64,000 bases of DNA from an uncultured Planctomycetia bacterium (GCA_964561605.1 CAZLQD010000036.1:53447-117446); one strand, 5' to 3'. Counted from the stretch's first letter, positions 35,721-45,865 are shown. A program made the numbers and translations. Notes: generated from the sequence alone by a model not told the origin.

Positions 35721-36362
35721 ATGGGAGCTGGAGACCGCAAGGCCCGGGCGGAAAGCACCAAGGAGAAGCTTCTCGAGGCAGGCCTCGAGGTCTTTGCCGA
35801 GAAGGGCTTCGAGGGGGCCCGGGTGGAGGAGATCGCCCGCAGGGCCGGGGTGAACATCCGGATGCTCTACCACCACTTCCGCTCCAAGGAGGGGCTCTTC
35901 CTCAAGGTGGTGGAGGGAATGCACAAGGAGATCCAGGCCAGGCAGGACGCGGTCTTCCGGACCGAGGCCCCTCCCTTCGAGCTCCTCACCCAGGCAATCG
36001 AGGATCTCTTCGACTTCCTGGGGAGAAACCCTTCCTTCGTGAAGATCCTGGGATGGCTCAGCCTTTCGGGGGGGAGGCGGGGTCCTCTCCCGGAAGTGGG
36101 AAAGGACTACGCCCTCCGGGTGGTCCGGCCCAGGATGGAGGAACTGGCCCGCAGCGGGGCCTGGAACGGGGCGGTGGATCCTCTCTTCGCCATCCTGATG
36201 TGCTGGTCTCTTTCGGTCTTCTGGTTCCTGAACAGGGGGGAATTCCACTCCATGGTGGAGGCAGGCACGCCCCTCGAGAAGGATCGTGCCTACCTGGACC
36301 AGGTCCTGGCCCTTCTCGAGGGAGGACTCCTGGGAAAGAGCTCCAAGGAGGGGAGAGAATGA
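35721..36362 (+). CDS. TetR/AcrR family transcriptional regulator
   Basis: N-terminal HTH: LLEAGLEVFAEKGFEGARVEEIARRAGVNIRMLYHHFRSKEGL. Confidence 0.9.
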   Translation: MGAGDRKARAESTKEKLLEAGLEVFAEKGFEGARVEEIARRAGVNIRMLYHHFRSKEGLFLKVVEGMHKEIQARQDAVFRTEAPPFELLTQAIEDLFDFLGRNPSFVKILGWLSLSGGRRGPLPEVGKDYALRVVRPRMEELARSGAWNGAVDPLFAILMCWSLSVFWFLNRGEFHSMVEAGTPLEKDRAYLDQVLALLEGGLLGKSSKEGRE

Positions 36363-37792
36363 AGACCCCCCGCCTCTCCCTTCTCTTTCTTGCTGCCCCG
36401 CTCTTTCTCCACCAGGGTTGCGCATCGCCGGATCCAAGGTCCGTCCGGAAGGATGAGGCCCGCCGCTTCCGGGCCGCCCTGGAGGGCAAGGTGGAGGAAG
36501 AGAGGATTCCCCCGGGGCCTCTGACCCTGAAGGAGTGCCTCCGCCTCGCCATGAAGAGGAACTTCTCCCTCCTGGAGGCCCGGCTCAGGGCGGAGATCGC
36601 CGGGCTGGAGGCCCGGGCCCTGGAAGAGAGTCTCCTCCTTCCGAGGGTGGACGTCTCCCTGGTCCATTCTGACCGGTCCAACAAGCCCTTGGTGGCCTCC
36701 GAGATGGGTGGGCGGGAGGTGGAGTTCCCCGTCATGGACAAGCGGATCCGGGTGATCCAGGGCCGGGTCTCCTTTCCTCTCCTGGACCTCTCCCGGTGGT
36801 TTCTTTCCGCCCAGGCGAAAAGGGGGGCCGAAGTGGGGAAGTTCCTCGTCGAGGCGGCCCGGCAGGGAGTGATCGCCGGAGTCACGGCCCGGTACGGCGC
36901 CCTGGCCGCCCTGGAGTCGGCCCTGCCTGCCTTGCAGGCCCGGGTGAAGGCCGACACTCTCGCCCTGGAGGACCAGGAGAGGAGGGTGAAGGAAGGACTG
37001 GCCCTCCCCCAGGAACGGGACCGGGCGGCCCTGGAACTGGCCCGGTCCCGGGACAGGCTGGAGAGCTTGAAGAGGGAGATTCTCCAGGCGAGGCGGGACC
37101 TGGAGCAGTTCCTGGGCTTTCCTCCCTCGGGGCGGATCCGGATCGAGCCTTCCTTCAGGGTGGATGTGCCCCGGGGCGGGCTGGAGGATCTGGTCTTCCA
37201 TGCCCTCCTGGAAAGGCCCGAGCTCTTCGCCGCCGACAGGCAGGTCCTGGCGGCAGGGGAGAAGGCCCGGGCCGCCCTGTCCGACTTCCTCCCGAAGGTC
37301 CTCCTGGACTTCGGGCTCCAGACCACGACCGACTCGGCCCAGGTCCACAAGTTCTGGGCCTTCGGAGGGCTTACGGCCCTGGTGAACCTCTTCGAGGGCT
37401 TCGCCGGGATTTCACGTTTGAAGGGGGCCCGCCGGGGGAAGGAACTCGCCCTGCTGGAGCGCCGCGAACTTTACGGAACGGTGATCCTCCAGGTGGTCCG
37501 GGCCTGGAAGGACTACAGGGACGCCCTGGAGGCCGAGGCCCGGGCACGAGAGAGCCTGGACCTGGCGGGGAAGATCGCCCGGCGGGGGAGGAGGCTCTTC
37601 AAGGAGGGCTACCTGGACCGCAAGGGGGCGGCCGCCCTGGACGCCCTCGTGGAAGGGGCGAAGGCCGCCTTGAAGGGTGCCTCGGTGAGGAGGAAGGTGG
37701 CGGCCTGCTTCCTGCGTCTCGCCGTGGGCCCGGCCGGGGACGGCCGGAAGGCGGAGAAGAAAGAGGGAAAGGACGAGGGGAAGAGGAGGTAG
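36359..37792 (+). CDS. TolC-family outer membrane efflux lipoprotein
   Basis: The ATG overlaps the tetR stop (ATGA). Lipobox LFLHQGC. Two TolC-like repeats with long coiled segments. In frame with track ORF 34013, whose upstream part is a shadow frame. Confidence 0.85.
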   Translation: MKTPRLSLLFLAAPLFLHQGCASPDPRSVRKDEARRFRAALEGKVEEERIPPGPLTLKECLRLAMKRNFSLLEARLRAEIAGLEARALEESLLLPRVDVSLVHSDRSNKPLVASEMGGREVEFPVMDKRIRVIQGRVSFPLLDLSRWFLSAQAKRGAEVGKFLVEAARQGVIAGVTARYGALAALESALPALQARVKADTLALEDQERRVKEGLALPQERDRAALELARSRDRLESLKREILQARRDLEQFLGFPPSGRIRIEPSFRVDVPRGGLEDLVFHALLERPELFAADRQVLAAGEKARAALSDFLPKVLLDFGLQTTTDSAQVHKFWAFGGLTALVNLFEGFAGISRLKGARRGKELALLERRELYGTVILQVVRAWKDYRDALEAEARARESLDLAGKIARRGRRLFKEGYLDRKGAAALDALVEGAKAALKGASVRRKVAACFLRLAVGPAGDGRKAEKKEGKDEGKRR

Positions 37793-37796
37793 TCCA

Positions 37797-38969
37797 ATGA
37801 ATCGTGCCTGGTTCCTCCTGGGGATCGCCGCGCTGTCCCTTGCGGCCTGCCGCAAGAAAAGCACCTCTCCCGGAACGGCGGGGGAGAAGGGGCCCGTGCC
37901 CGTCCTGGTCCTTCCCGCCCGGAAGGCCCGGGTGGCCCGGCGTGTGCGGGCCAGGTGCACCATCCGCTCCCGTACCCGGGTCCTGGTCTCACCCAAGGTG
38001 CCCGGCGTCCTGGAAGGGGTCTTCGTGGAGGCGGGGGACCGGGTTCAAAGAGGGGAGACCCTTCTCTTCCGGAGTGACTCCAAGGGGCCTTCCGATGCCC
38101 TCCGGGCGGCCCGGGCGGGTCTGGAGGCCGCCCGGAAGGGCGTGGCCCAGGCCGAGGCGGCCCTCTCGGCGGCCCGGGCGGCCGAGGCCAAGGCCAGGCT
38201 GGACCGGGACCGGATGAAGCGCCTCTACGAGGGGGCTTCCGCCACGAAGGACGCCTTCGAGAAGGCCCTCCTCGCCTGGGAGACGGCTGCGGCCCAGGTG
38301 AGGAGGGCCGAGGCGGCGGTGGGCCTGGCCCGGGCCCGGGTGGGGAGCGCGGAAGCCCAGGTCGCCCTGGCCGGGAAGGGCCTGCAGGATTGCACCGTCC
38401 GGGCTCCCATGGACGGCGTGGTGACGAGGAAGCTCATGGAGCGGGGGGAGATGGGGGATCCTGGGGCCCCCGTCCTCGCCCTGGAGGACCCGGGCCACCT
38501 GGAGGCGGCTGCCTTCCTCGAGGCCGCCCTCTTCGACGCGGTCCGGGCCGGAAAGACGAAAATCCGGATACTCCGAAAGGGCGAGGTCCTGTTCTCGGGC
38601 GTGATCTCCTGGAAGGCTCCTTCCGTGGATCCGGGCCTGCGGGTCTTCGAGGTTCGGGCCTACCTTCCCGAGGGATTCTCCCGGGCGGCTTCGGGGGAAC
38701 TCCTCACGATGGAGGTCCTCCTGGATCCCCACGAGGCCCTTACCGTCCCCACCGGGGCGGTCGTGATCCGCAAGGAGCGGCCTACCGTATTCGTGGTCCG
38801 CCGCGGGCGGGCCAGGCTCCTCTACTTGAAGACCGGGGTGGTGGACGGAGAGCGGACGGAGGTCCTGGAAGGCGGCTTGAAGGAAGGGGAGCCAGTCGTG
38901 GTCCGGGGCCAGGCCTTCCTCGAAGAGAACGCCCCCGTCCTGGCCCGGCCCGCAGGGAAGGGGGAGTAG
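37797..38969 (+). CDS. Efflux RND transporter periplasmic adaptor
   Basis: Lipobox AALSLAAC, alpha-hairpin (AQAEAALSAARAAEAKARLDRDRMKRL), VRAPMDGVVTRK motif. Confidence 0.85.
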   Translation: MNRAWFLLGIAALSLAACRKKSTSPGTAGEKGPVPVLVLPARKARVARRVRARCTIRSRTRVLVSPKVPGVLEGVFVEAGDRVQRGETLLFRSDSKGPSDALRAARAGLEAARKGVAQAEAALSAARAAEAKARLDRDRMKRLYEGASATKDAFEKALLAWETAAAQVRRAEAAVGLARARVGSAEAQVALAGKGLQDCTVRAPMDGVVTRKLMERGEMGDPGAPVLALEDPGHLEAAAFLEAALFDAVRAGKTKIRILRKGEVLFSGVISWKAPSVDPGLRVFEVRAYLPEGFSRAASGELLTMEVLLDPHEALTVPTGAVVIRKERPTVFVVRRGRARLLYLKTGVVDGERTEVLEGGLKEGEPVVVRGQAFLEENAPVLARPAGKGE

Positions 38970-38971
38970 GG

Positions 38972-41900
38972 ATGTTCCTTGCGGATGTTTCGGTAAGGAA
39001 ACCCATCGCCGTCACGGCCTTCGTCCTGGCCCTCCTTCTTTTCGGCGTGAAGGAGTTCTTTTCCATCGGCGTGGATTCCTTTCCCAGGGTGGAGATCCCC
39101 TTCATCACGGTGGTCACGGTGGATCCGGGTTCCACGCCCGAGGAGATCGAGAAGGGGGTGGCCCGTAAGCTCGAGGACGCCCTGACCTCCCTGGACGGTC
39201 TCAAGCACATGACCACGGTCTGCCGGGATTCGGTGGTCCAGATCCTGCTGGAATTCCAGCCCCAGGTGGACCTGGACACGGCGGCCTTCGACGTCAGGGA
39301 GAAGGTGGACGCCGTCCGGGCCGACCTCCCTTCCACGGCGGAGGACCCGAAGATCCTCAAGTTCGACGTGAACGCCAAGCCCGTGCTCACCATGGCCCTC
39401 ACGGGGGATCTCCCCCTGGACGAGCTCTACGATCTGGCGGACAGGAGGATCCGGGACCGCTTCACCGTCCTCCTCGGGGTGGCCCAGGTGGAACTCCTCG
39501 GGGGGGCCGGCAGGGAGGTGGAGGTTCTCCTGGACCGGGAGAAACTGGCCGCCTCGGGGCTCACCGTCCTGGACGTGGTCCGGGCCTTGAAGGAGGGACA
39601 GGGGAAGATCCCGGCCGGCCACGTGGAAGAAGGAGAGCGGGAGATCTCGGTCGTCGTGGATTTCGAGGCCCGGGAGGTCCCGGACCTGGAGCGGATCGTC
39701 GTCGAGGACCGGAAGGGGGCCAGGGTCCGCCTGGGGGACCTGGCCCGGATCCGGCTTGGGCACAAAGAGCGCCGGCAACTCGCCTTCCTGGACGGAAAGC
39801 CCTGCATCGGCCTCAGGGTGGTGAAGAAGTCCGAGGCCAACGCCGTGAAGGTGGTGGAGAGGGTGAAGAGGGCCTTCCGGGAGGTCCGGAGGGAGCTTCC
39901 CGCCGGCGCCCGGCTGGTCTGGGTCACCGACGACGCCGATTTCATCCAGGCCTCGGTGAACGACGCCTTCGTGAACATCCTGGTGGGGGTGCTCCTCACG
40001 GCCGGGATCCTCCTCCTCTTCCTCCATGATATCCGGTCTACAGTCATCGCGGCCCTGACCATGCCCCTCTCGGTGGTGGTCACCTTCGCCGTCATGGGCT
40101 GGCTCGGATACACCTTCAACACCTCCACCCTCCTGGGGATCGGGATCTCCGTGGGCATCCTGGTGGCCAACTCCATCGTGGTCCTGGAGTCCATCCTCAA
40201 GCTCCGGGCCGGTGGGGCCGATTCGGCCGAGGCGGCCCGGTCCGGCACGGCCCAGGTTGCCCTGGCCGTCCTGGCTTCGGCGGGGACCAACGTGGTGGTC
40301 TTCGTGCCCATCGGCATGATGAGCTCCGTCGTGGGGAAGTACTTCGGTCCCTTCGCCATCACCGTGGCCGCCGCCACGGCGGTCTCCCTCCTGGTCTCCT
40401 TCACGGTGACCCCCATGCTCTCGGCCCTCCTCTTCCGGAAGAGCGCGGGCGGGTCGGGATTCCTTGGGCGTGCCTGGGACAGGCTCTACGGCGCCGTCGA
40501 GAGAGGCTACGCCTTCACCATCGGGGTCTCCCGGCGGGTTTCCCTCCTGGTGATCCTCTTGGCCTTCGGAACCCTGGCCTGGTCCCTCTACCTTGCCCGG
40601 GGGATCCACATGGATTTCGTTCCCGAGGCGGACCAGGGGAAGGTCCTGGTGCAACTGGAGTTCTCCTCTTCCCAGAACCTGGAGGAGACGGCCCGCCGGA
40701 CCAGGAGGGTGGAGGAGATGCTCCTGGACCTGCCGGGCCTGGAAAGGCGGTTCACCTCCGTCGGGAAGATCGAGGGGATCCTGGGCCAGGTTTCGGAAGG
40801 AGTCTACCTGGCGGAGATCACCCTGGTCTTCCCTCCGAAGACGGCCCGGAAGAGGGGGATCCAGGAGATCCGGGACGAGATCCGCAGGAAGCTCTCGGGC
40901 CTGGAGGGTTGCCTCGTCTCGGTGGCTCTGCCGGCGGCCATAGGCGGGAGCACCAAGCCCCTGGAGATGGAGATCTCTGGGGACGACCTGGACGAGGTGG
41001 AGCGCCTCACCCTGCGGGCCGTAAAAGAGGCCGAGAGGGTGCCGGGCCTCACCGACGTGGATTCCAACGTCCGGGTCGGCCGCCCGGAGATCCGCCTCTA
41101 CCCGGACCGGGCCGCCCTGGCCGACCTGGGCGTGCCCCTCTCGGCCTTCGGCCTGGCCGTCAGGGGCAACCTGGAGGGAATCAAGGCAGGCGTCTACCGC
41201 CGGGGGGACCGGACCTGGGACATCCGGGTGAAACTCGCCGTGGAGGAGGGCCGGGACCAGGTGGGGGCATTCACCTTGCCGGGCCCGGGAGGGATGCCCC
41301 TGAGGATCGCCGCCTTTTCGGAAGAGAAGATCCGGGAGTCCCGGGTCCAGATCCTGCGGGGGGAGAAGCGCAGGGTGGGGAAGGTCTTCGCCAACCTGGA
41401 GAAGGGAAAGGCCCTGGGCCTGGCGGCGGCCCAGCTCCTGGCGGAGATCGAGAAGGACGGGGGGCTCCCGCCGGGTTACCGGGTTCGCTTCCTGGGGATG
41501 CACGAGAAGATGGAGGAGGCCTCGGCCGATTTCGAGGAGGCCGGGACGGTCGCCCTGGCGCTGACCTACCTGGTGCTTTGCGCCATCCTGGAATCCTGGC
41601 TCCTTCCCGTCCTGGTCCTTCTCACTGTGCCCCTGGCCCTGGTGGGGATGGTCTGGGGGCTGCTCCTGGCCCAGGTGAACGTGAACATCTTCGTCATGCT
41701 CGCCGGCGTGATGCTCGTTGGGCTCGTGGTGAACAACGCCATCCTCATGATCGACCGGGCCAAGCAACTCATGGCCGGAGGGACGGCGCCGGGTGACGCC
41801 ATGGCCCGGGCGGCGGTGGATCGTTTCCGCCCCATCGTCATGACCTCCCTGGCGGCGGCCTTGGGGATGCTTCCCATGGCCCTCGGCAGGGGATTGGGGT

Positions 41901-42010
41901 CGGAGTTCCGGGCGGGCATGGGCATCGCTTCCTTGGGGGGACTCCTCGCCTCGGCTATTCTCTCCCTCTACGTGGTCCCGGCGGCCTGGTTTCTCTTCCA
42001 CCGCCGGTGA
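38972..42010 (+). CDS. Efflux RND transporter permease (AcrB family)
   Basis: ATG 38972 (MFLADVSVRKPIAVTAFVL...). 1012 aa. Motifs GISVGILVANSIVVLESI and LVGLVVNNAILMIDRAKQ. The track start at 38390 is an extension. Confidence 0.92.
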   Translation: MFLADVSVRKPIAVTAFVLALLLFGVKEFFSIGVDSFPRVEIPFITVVTVDPGSTPEEIEKGVARKLEDALTSLDGLKHMTTVCRDSVVQILLEFQPQVDLDTAAFDVREKVDAVRADLPSTAEDPKILKFDVNAKPVLTMALTGDLPLDELYDLADRRIRDRFTVLLGVAQVELLGGAGREVEVLLDREKLAASGLTVLDVVRALKEGQGKIPAGHVEEGEREISVVVDFEAREVPDLERIVVEDRKGARVRLGDLARIRLGHKERRQLAFLDGKPCIGLRVVKKSEANAVKVVERVKRAFREVRRELPAGARLVWVTDDADFIQASVNDAFVNILVGVLLTAGILLLFLHDIRSTVIAALTMPLSVVVTFAVMGWLGYTFNTSTLLGIGISVGILVANSIVVLESILKLRAGGADSAEAARSGTAQVALAVLASAGTNVVVFVPIGMMSSVVGKYFGPFAITVAAATAVSLLVSFTVTPMLSALLFRKSAGGSGFLGRAWDRLYGAVERGYAFTIGVSRRVSLLVILLAFGTLAWSLYLARGIHMDFVPEADQGKVLVQLEFSSSQNLEETARRTRRVEEMLLDLPGLERRFTSVGKIEGILGQVSEGVYLAEITLVFPPKTARKRGIQEIRDEIRRKLSGLEGCLVSVALPAAIGGSTKPLEMEISGDDLDEVERLTLRAVKEAERVPGLTDVDSNVRVGRPEIRLYPDRAALADLGVPLSAFGLAVRGNLEGIKAGVYRRGDRTWDIRVKLAVEEGRDQVGAFTLPGPGGMPLRIAAFSEEKIRESRVQILRGEKRRVGKVFANLEKGKALGLAAAQLLAEIEKDGGLPPGYRVRFLGMHEKMEEASADFEEAGTVALALTYLVLCAILESWLLPVLVLLTVPLALVGMVWGLLLAQVNVNIFVMLAGVMLVGLVVNNAILMIDRAKQLMAGGTAPGDAMARAAVDRFRPIVMTSLAAALGMLPMALGRGLGSEFRAGMGIASLGGLLASAILSLYVVPAAWFLFHRR

Positions 42011-42059
42011 GAGGGACTTCTCCCCGGCGAAAGAGACAAGGTCCAGGAAGGAGGCGGGC

Positions 42060-45026
42060 GTGGCTCTCAAGGGGATTCGGCTTTTTGGTATGGCAGGCCT
42101 TCTCTGCGCCCTCTCCCCGGCCCAGGGGCTTCCCCCCCTGGTCTGGCCGGGAAGGAGGATGGCGAAGATCGAGGGGAAGGAACTGAGGGCCTTCGTGCCC
42201 TGGAGACGGCGTGAGGCCCTGCGGGGAATCGTGGCCGAGGCGGACAGGATCTACGGATCCATGATCGCCGACGCCGGCTTCCGGCCCCGGGGAAAGCTTT
42301 CCCTCCTTCTCGGGGACTGGAGGGACGGCCACAACGGGTACTCCTTCGTCGTTCCCTTCTCCCTGGTCGAGGTGGACCTGGCCCTTCCCAGGCCGGCCTC
42401 GACCATCTTCGACGGCTTCAGGCCCCTGGAACGGACCTTGATCCACGAGTTCGCCCACCAGATCTCCAACGACAGGAACTACGGTTTTCGTGATCAACTG
42501 GAGCGGATCTTCGGGCGGGTCCTTCCCATGGACGTCCTAAGCGGGGTCGTGTGGTATCTCTCCACGCCCGCCCACCAGACCATGCCCCGCTTCTGGCTGG
42601 AGGGAACGGCCATATGGGCCGAGACGGAATACGCTGATCCGGGTAGTCCATGGTCGGGAAGGGGAAGGGACCCCCTGGTCCACATGGTCTGGCGGCTGGA
42701 CGCGGCGGCCGGCAAGGTGCCCGAGGCCCGGGACTGGCGGATCACATGGCAGCTCTGGCCCTTCGGGAACCGGGCCTACCTCTACGGCGCGGCCTACACC
42801 CGCTACCTGGCGGCCCTTCTCGGTTCCCGCAGGAAGATGTGGCGCCTCATCGACCTCCAGGCCCGCCGGTGGGCCTTCGTCTTCGACGAGGCCCCCGAGG
42901 AGCTCCTGGGAACGACCCACGAGAAGCTCCTCGAGCGGGCCAGGAGGGCCCTCCTGAAGGAGCAGAAGGAGAAGATCGCCCTCCTGGAGAGGGGAAAGGT
43001 GACCCGCCTCTCCCGGGCCACGCCTCCCGACATGCTCCTGGCTGCCCCGGCCTGGCTTCCGGGGGGAAAGCTGGCTTTCATGGCCAGGTCCATTCACGGG
43101 CGGCCCAGGCTTCATGTCCTTCACGCCGACGGTTCCCTCCAGGTACGGTCCGAGACCGGGAGGGAACTGGGAAACATCCGGTCCACAGGAAAAGGCGGGC
43201 TCGTGTGGGCCGAGTTCGACTGGCGGGGGATTTCCTGGGTGCACCTTGGGGACTGGGTCCTGGGACGGAGACTGGTCCAGCCGGACTACGAGGAGGTCGG
43301 CCGGGGGGAGGGCCTGCTTGCGGCGATCCGTTTCACCATGACAGGGGAGACAAGGCTCGTCCTCCTGGAGGTGGACCCCGGGGCCCGGGAGGTCCTCCAG
43401 GAGAGAGTCCTCCCCGTGCGGGGCATGCCCTGGAGCCCCACCTTCCGTCCCGGACGCCCCAGGGGAAGGGAGGAACTCCTCTGGGTGGAGACCTTCCGCG
43501 GCGGTTCCCGGCTCGTCCTGGCCCCGCTCTCCAGGCCCGGGGAACGGAAGGTCCTCCTGGAACGGCGCGGGCGGATCCTCCACCCCGTGTGGACCAGGGA
43601 CGGAAGAAACCTCTATTTCTGTTCCGACTGGACGGGGGTCTGCAACGCCTGGCGACTGACCCCGGCCGATGGGGGGGGTGAAGTGTCGGTGGTCCCCGTG
43701 ACGAATACCCTGGGCGGGGTCCTGGCCTGCGTCCCCTCTCCCGACGGTTCCACCCTGGCCCTCCTGGACCACGACGAAAAGGGCCCCTTCCTGGCGAAGA
43801 TTCCCTGCGATCCCTCCCGGTGGCCGGGAGAAGTCCCCCTGGTCCGGCCGGACTGGCCGGCCCCCTTGAAGGGTCCCTTCGGTGTGGAGAAGAGAAAGAC
43901 CGGCCCTCCCTTGCTCCAGGGGAAGATTTCCCGGACCGTTCCGGCGGGGAGTTACGAGGCCGAGCCCTACAGGGGACTGGAGGAGTTCCGGCCCCTCTTC
44001 TGGACCCCCACGACCCTCCCCGTCCCCGAAGGTGGAATCGGGATCGCCGGAGTGGGATCGGACCCGCTCTTCACCCACGTGGGGCTTCTCTCCGTTGGAC
44101 TCGGTCCGAAGGAGAGGGAACCCGTGGGCTTTCTGGGATACGCCTACCAGGCCCTACCCGTCGAGATGGGGTTCCAGGCCTGGCGCTCCGAGCGGACCTT
44201 CGACGACCAGGTGGTGGACACGGCCGGCCGGGACTACGACTACACGGAGACGGTGGAGGCCTTCCAGCTCCGGGCGGGGAGGGGCCTGGCCGGCCTGGAA
44301 CGGACCTTCGTGGGATACGTGAGCCTGGGGGTGGAGGGCCATCACAGGGTGGGCTCGGCGGCGGAGGCCTACAGGGGTGCCGCCCTGGTGAGCACCCCGC
44401 CCTTCCGGGGCACGGAACGGTACGTCCAGGTCACCCTGGGTTACACCGACGCCGCCTTCTTCCCCATGAGCTACGCCCCGGGGGACGGGGTGAAGGCGGC
44501 CCTGGAGTTCCGCCACAGCGGACTGGGGGGAAGCCTCCGGAGGAACAGGCTCTTCCTGGACGCATCGTGGGCCCTGGACCTGCCGGGGAAAGGGGGGATC
44601 CAGGTCGTCCTGGGCGGCCAGGCGGGCTGGTCCGACGGCGACCGTACCCTCCAGGGGAACTTCGTCGTGGGCGGCCCTTTGGGCAGGGGACTTCCCAGGG
44701 GCTACTGGAAGGACACCGAGGCCGTGGGAAGACACCTGGCGGCGGGTTCCGCGGCGGTTCGCCTGCCTCTCTGGCGGCCCTTCCGGGGGTTTTCGACCAC
44801 CCCTTTCCGGGTGAGGCAACTCGTCCTGGAGATCTTCGCAGACACGGCGAAGGCTTCCGGCAACCACATCTTCGGAGACGGAGAGTGGTATTCCTCCGTG
44901 GGAGGTGAGCTCCACCTGGGATGGGAGTTCCGCTCCCTCGTCCTGAGCCCCGGCCTGGGCCTGGCGAAACAACTGGACGGGGACGGGGACTGGGAGGTCT
45001 GGCTGACCATGGGATTCCGCTTTTAG
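42060..45026 (+). CDS. Outer-membrane protein: HEXXH metallopeptidase-like domain + TolB-like beta-propeller + C-terminal Omp85-type barrel
   Basis: Signal peptide. HEFAH at 42444-42458 with downstream EGTAIWAETEY. PD40-like repeats (PVWTRDGRNLYFCSD, PSPDGSTLALLD). Barrel motif VVGGPLGRGLPRGYW...AVRLPLW and terminal ...LTMGFRF. Confidence 0.7.
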   Translation: MALKGIRLFGMAGLLCALSPAQGLPPLVWPGRRMAKIEGKELRAFVPWRRREALRGIVAEADRIYGSMIADAGFRPRGKLSLLLGDWRDGHNGYSFVVPFSLVEVDLALPRPASTIFDGFRPLERTLIHEFAHQISNDRNYGFRDQLERIFGRVLPMDVLSGVVWYLSTPAHQTMPRFWLEGTAIWAETEYADPGSPWSGRGRDPLVHMVWRLDAAAGKVPEARDWRITWQLWPFGNRAYLYGAAYTRYLAALLGSRRKMWRLIDLQARRWAFVFDEAPEELLGTTHEKLLERARRALLKEQKEKIALLERGKVTRLSRATPPDMLLAAPAWLPGGKLAFMARSIHGRPRLHVLHADGSLQVRSETGRELGNIRSTGKGGLVWAEFDWRGISWVHLGDWVLGRRLVQPDYEEVGRGEGLLAAIRFTMTGETRLVLLEVDPGAREVLQERVLPVRGMPWSPTFRPGRPRGREELLWVETFRGGSRLVLAPLSRPGERKVLLERRGRILHPVWTRDGRNLYFCSDWTGVCNAWRLTPADGGGEVSVVPVTNTLGGVLACVPSPDGSTLALLDHDEKGPFLAKIPCDPSRWPGEVPLVRPDWPAPLKGPFGVEKRKTGPPLLQGKISRTVPAGSYEAEPYRGLEEFRPLFWTPTTLPVPEGGIGIAGVGSDPLFTHVGLLSVGLGPKEREPVGFLGYAYQALPVEMGFQAWRSERTFDDQVVDTAGRDYDYTETVEAFQLRAGRGLAGLERTFVGYVSLGVEGHHRVGSAAEAYRGAALVSTPPFRGTERYVQVTLGYTDAAFFPMSYAPGDGVKAALEFRHSGLGGSLRRNRLFLDASWALDLPGKGGIQVVLGGQAGWSDGDRTLQGNFVVGGPLGRGLPRGYWKDTEAVGRHLAAGSAAVRLPLWRPFRGFSTTPFRVRQLVLEIFADTAKASGNHIFGDGEWYSSVGGELHLGWEFRSLVLSPGLGLAKQLDGDGDWEVWLTMGFRF

Positions 45027-45070
45027 GATCGGCCGGCGGGAGGATCCCTCCGGCCCATCCTCCCTCCGGC

Positions 45071-45430
45071 TCAGCGGGCGGGCTCTTCCCCCTTCCCCTT
45101 CTTCCTCCGGTAGGCGATGACCCTGGCCTTCTCCAGGGTGACCAGTCCCTCCTCGATGAGGTGGTCCAGGTCCTCGAGGAAGGTGTCGATCTTCTCCGCC
45201 GTATCCACGATCTCGACCACCACGGGGAGGTCCTCGGAGAGGCGGAGGATCTTGGACGTGTGGATCCTGCTGTTGGCGCCGAACCCCATGAACCCCCGGA
45301 TCACCGTGGCACCAGCCATCCCCCTCCGGCGGGCCTCCTCCACCAGGACTTCGTAGAGGGGCTTTCCCCCGGACTTGTCGCTCTCCCCGATGAAGATTCG
45401 AAGAAGGTAGGCTTCCGAGGGCAGTTCCAT
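45071..45430 (-). CDS. DUF190 (PII-like, CrcB-associated) protein
   Basis: MELPSEAYLLRIFIGESDKSGGKPLYEVLVEEARRRGMAGATVIRGFMGFG... is a typical UPF0166/DUF190 sequence. Immediately downstream of crcB. Track ORF to 45940 is an extension. Confidence 0.8.
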   Translation of the reverse strand: MELPSEAYLLRIFIGESDKSGGKPLYEVLVEEARRRGMAGATVIRGFMGFGANSRIHTSKILRLSEDLPVVVEIVDTAEKIDTFLEDLDHLIEEGLVTLEKARVIAYRRKKGKGEEPAR

Positions 45431-45441
45431 GGGGATCCTCC

Positions 45442-45822
45442 TCAAAGGACGAGCCTGGCCAGGGCGGCTCCGGCGAAGAGGGCCGCCAGGCCCAGGACGT
45501 TTTGCAGGGCCAGGTTCAGGGCTGCCCATCCCCACTCCGAGGCCCGGGCCAGCTCGCCCGTCTCGAGAATGAAGGCGGAGAAGGTGGTGAAGGCGCCCAT
45601 GAATCCTACGAGGAGGATCATCCGGATTCGGCCCGAAAGAGGCCAGTGGGTTTCGAAGAGGGTCCAGAGGAGGCCCGCCAGGAAACACCCTGCCAGGTTC
45701 ACCGCCAGGGTGCCCCAGGGAAAGGAGGCACCGCCGGCCTCCTGGACCAGTCCCGCCAGGGCGTAGCGGGAGATCGTCCCCAGGGCGCCTGCCAGGGCGA
45801 GGAGAAGGAGCTTGGAAAGCAC
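45442..45822 (-). CDS. crcB: Fluoride ion channel CrcB/FluC
   Basis: 126 aa, 4 TM. Motifs GALGTISRY, GTLAVNLAGCFLAG, GFMGAFTTFSAF. GTG start. Confidence 0.9.
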   Translation of the reverse strand: MLSKLLLLALAGALGTISRYALAGLVQEAGGASFPWGTLAVNLAGCFLAGLLWTLFETHWPLSGRIRMILLVGFMGAFTTFSAFILETGELARASEWGWAALNLALQNVLGLAALFAGAALARLVL

Positions 45823-45865
45823 CGGTGGAGTCCTCCGTTTCCAAAGGCAAAGGGGTTCCGGGCCA

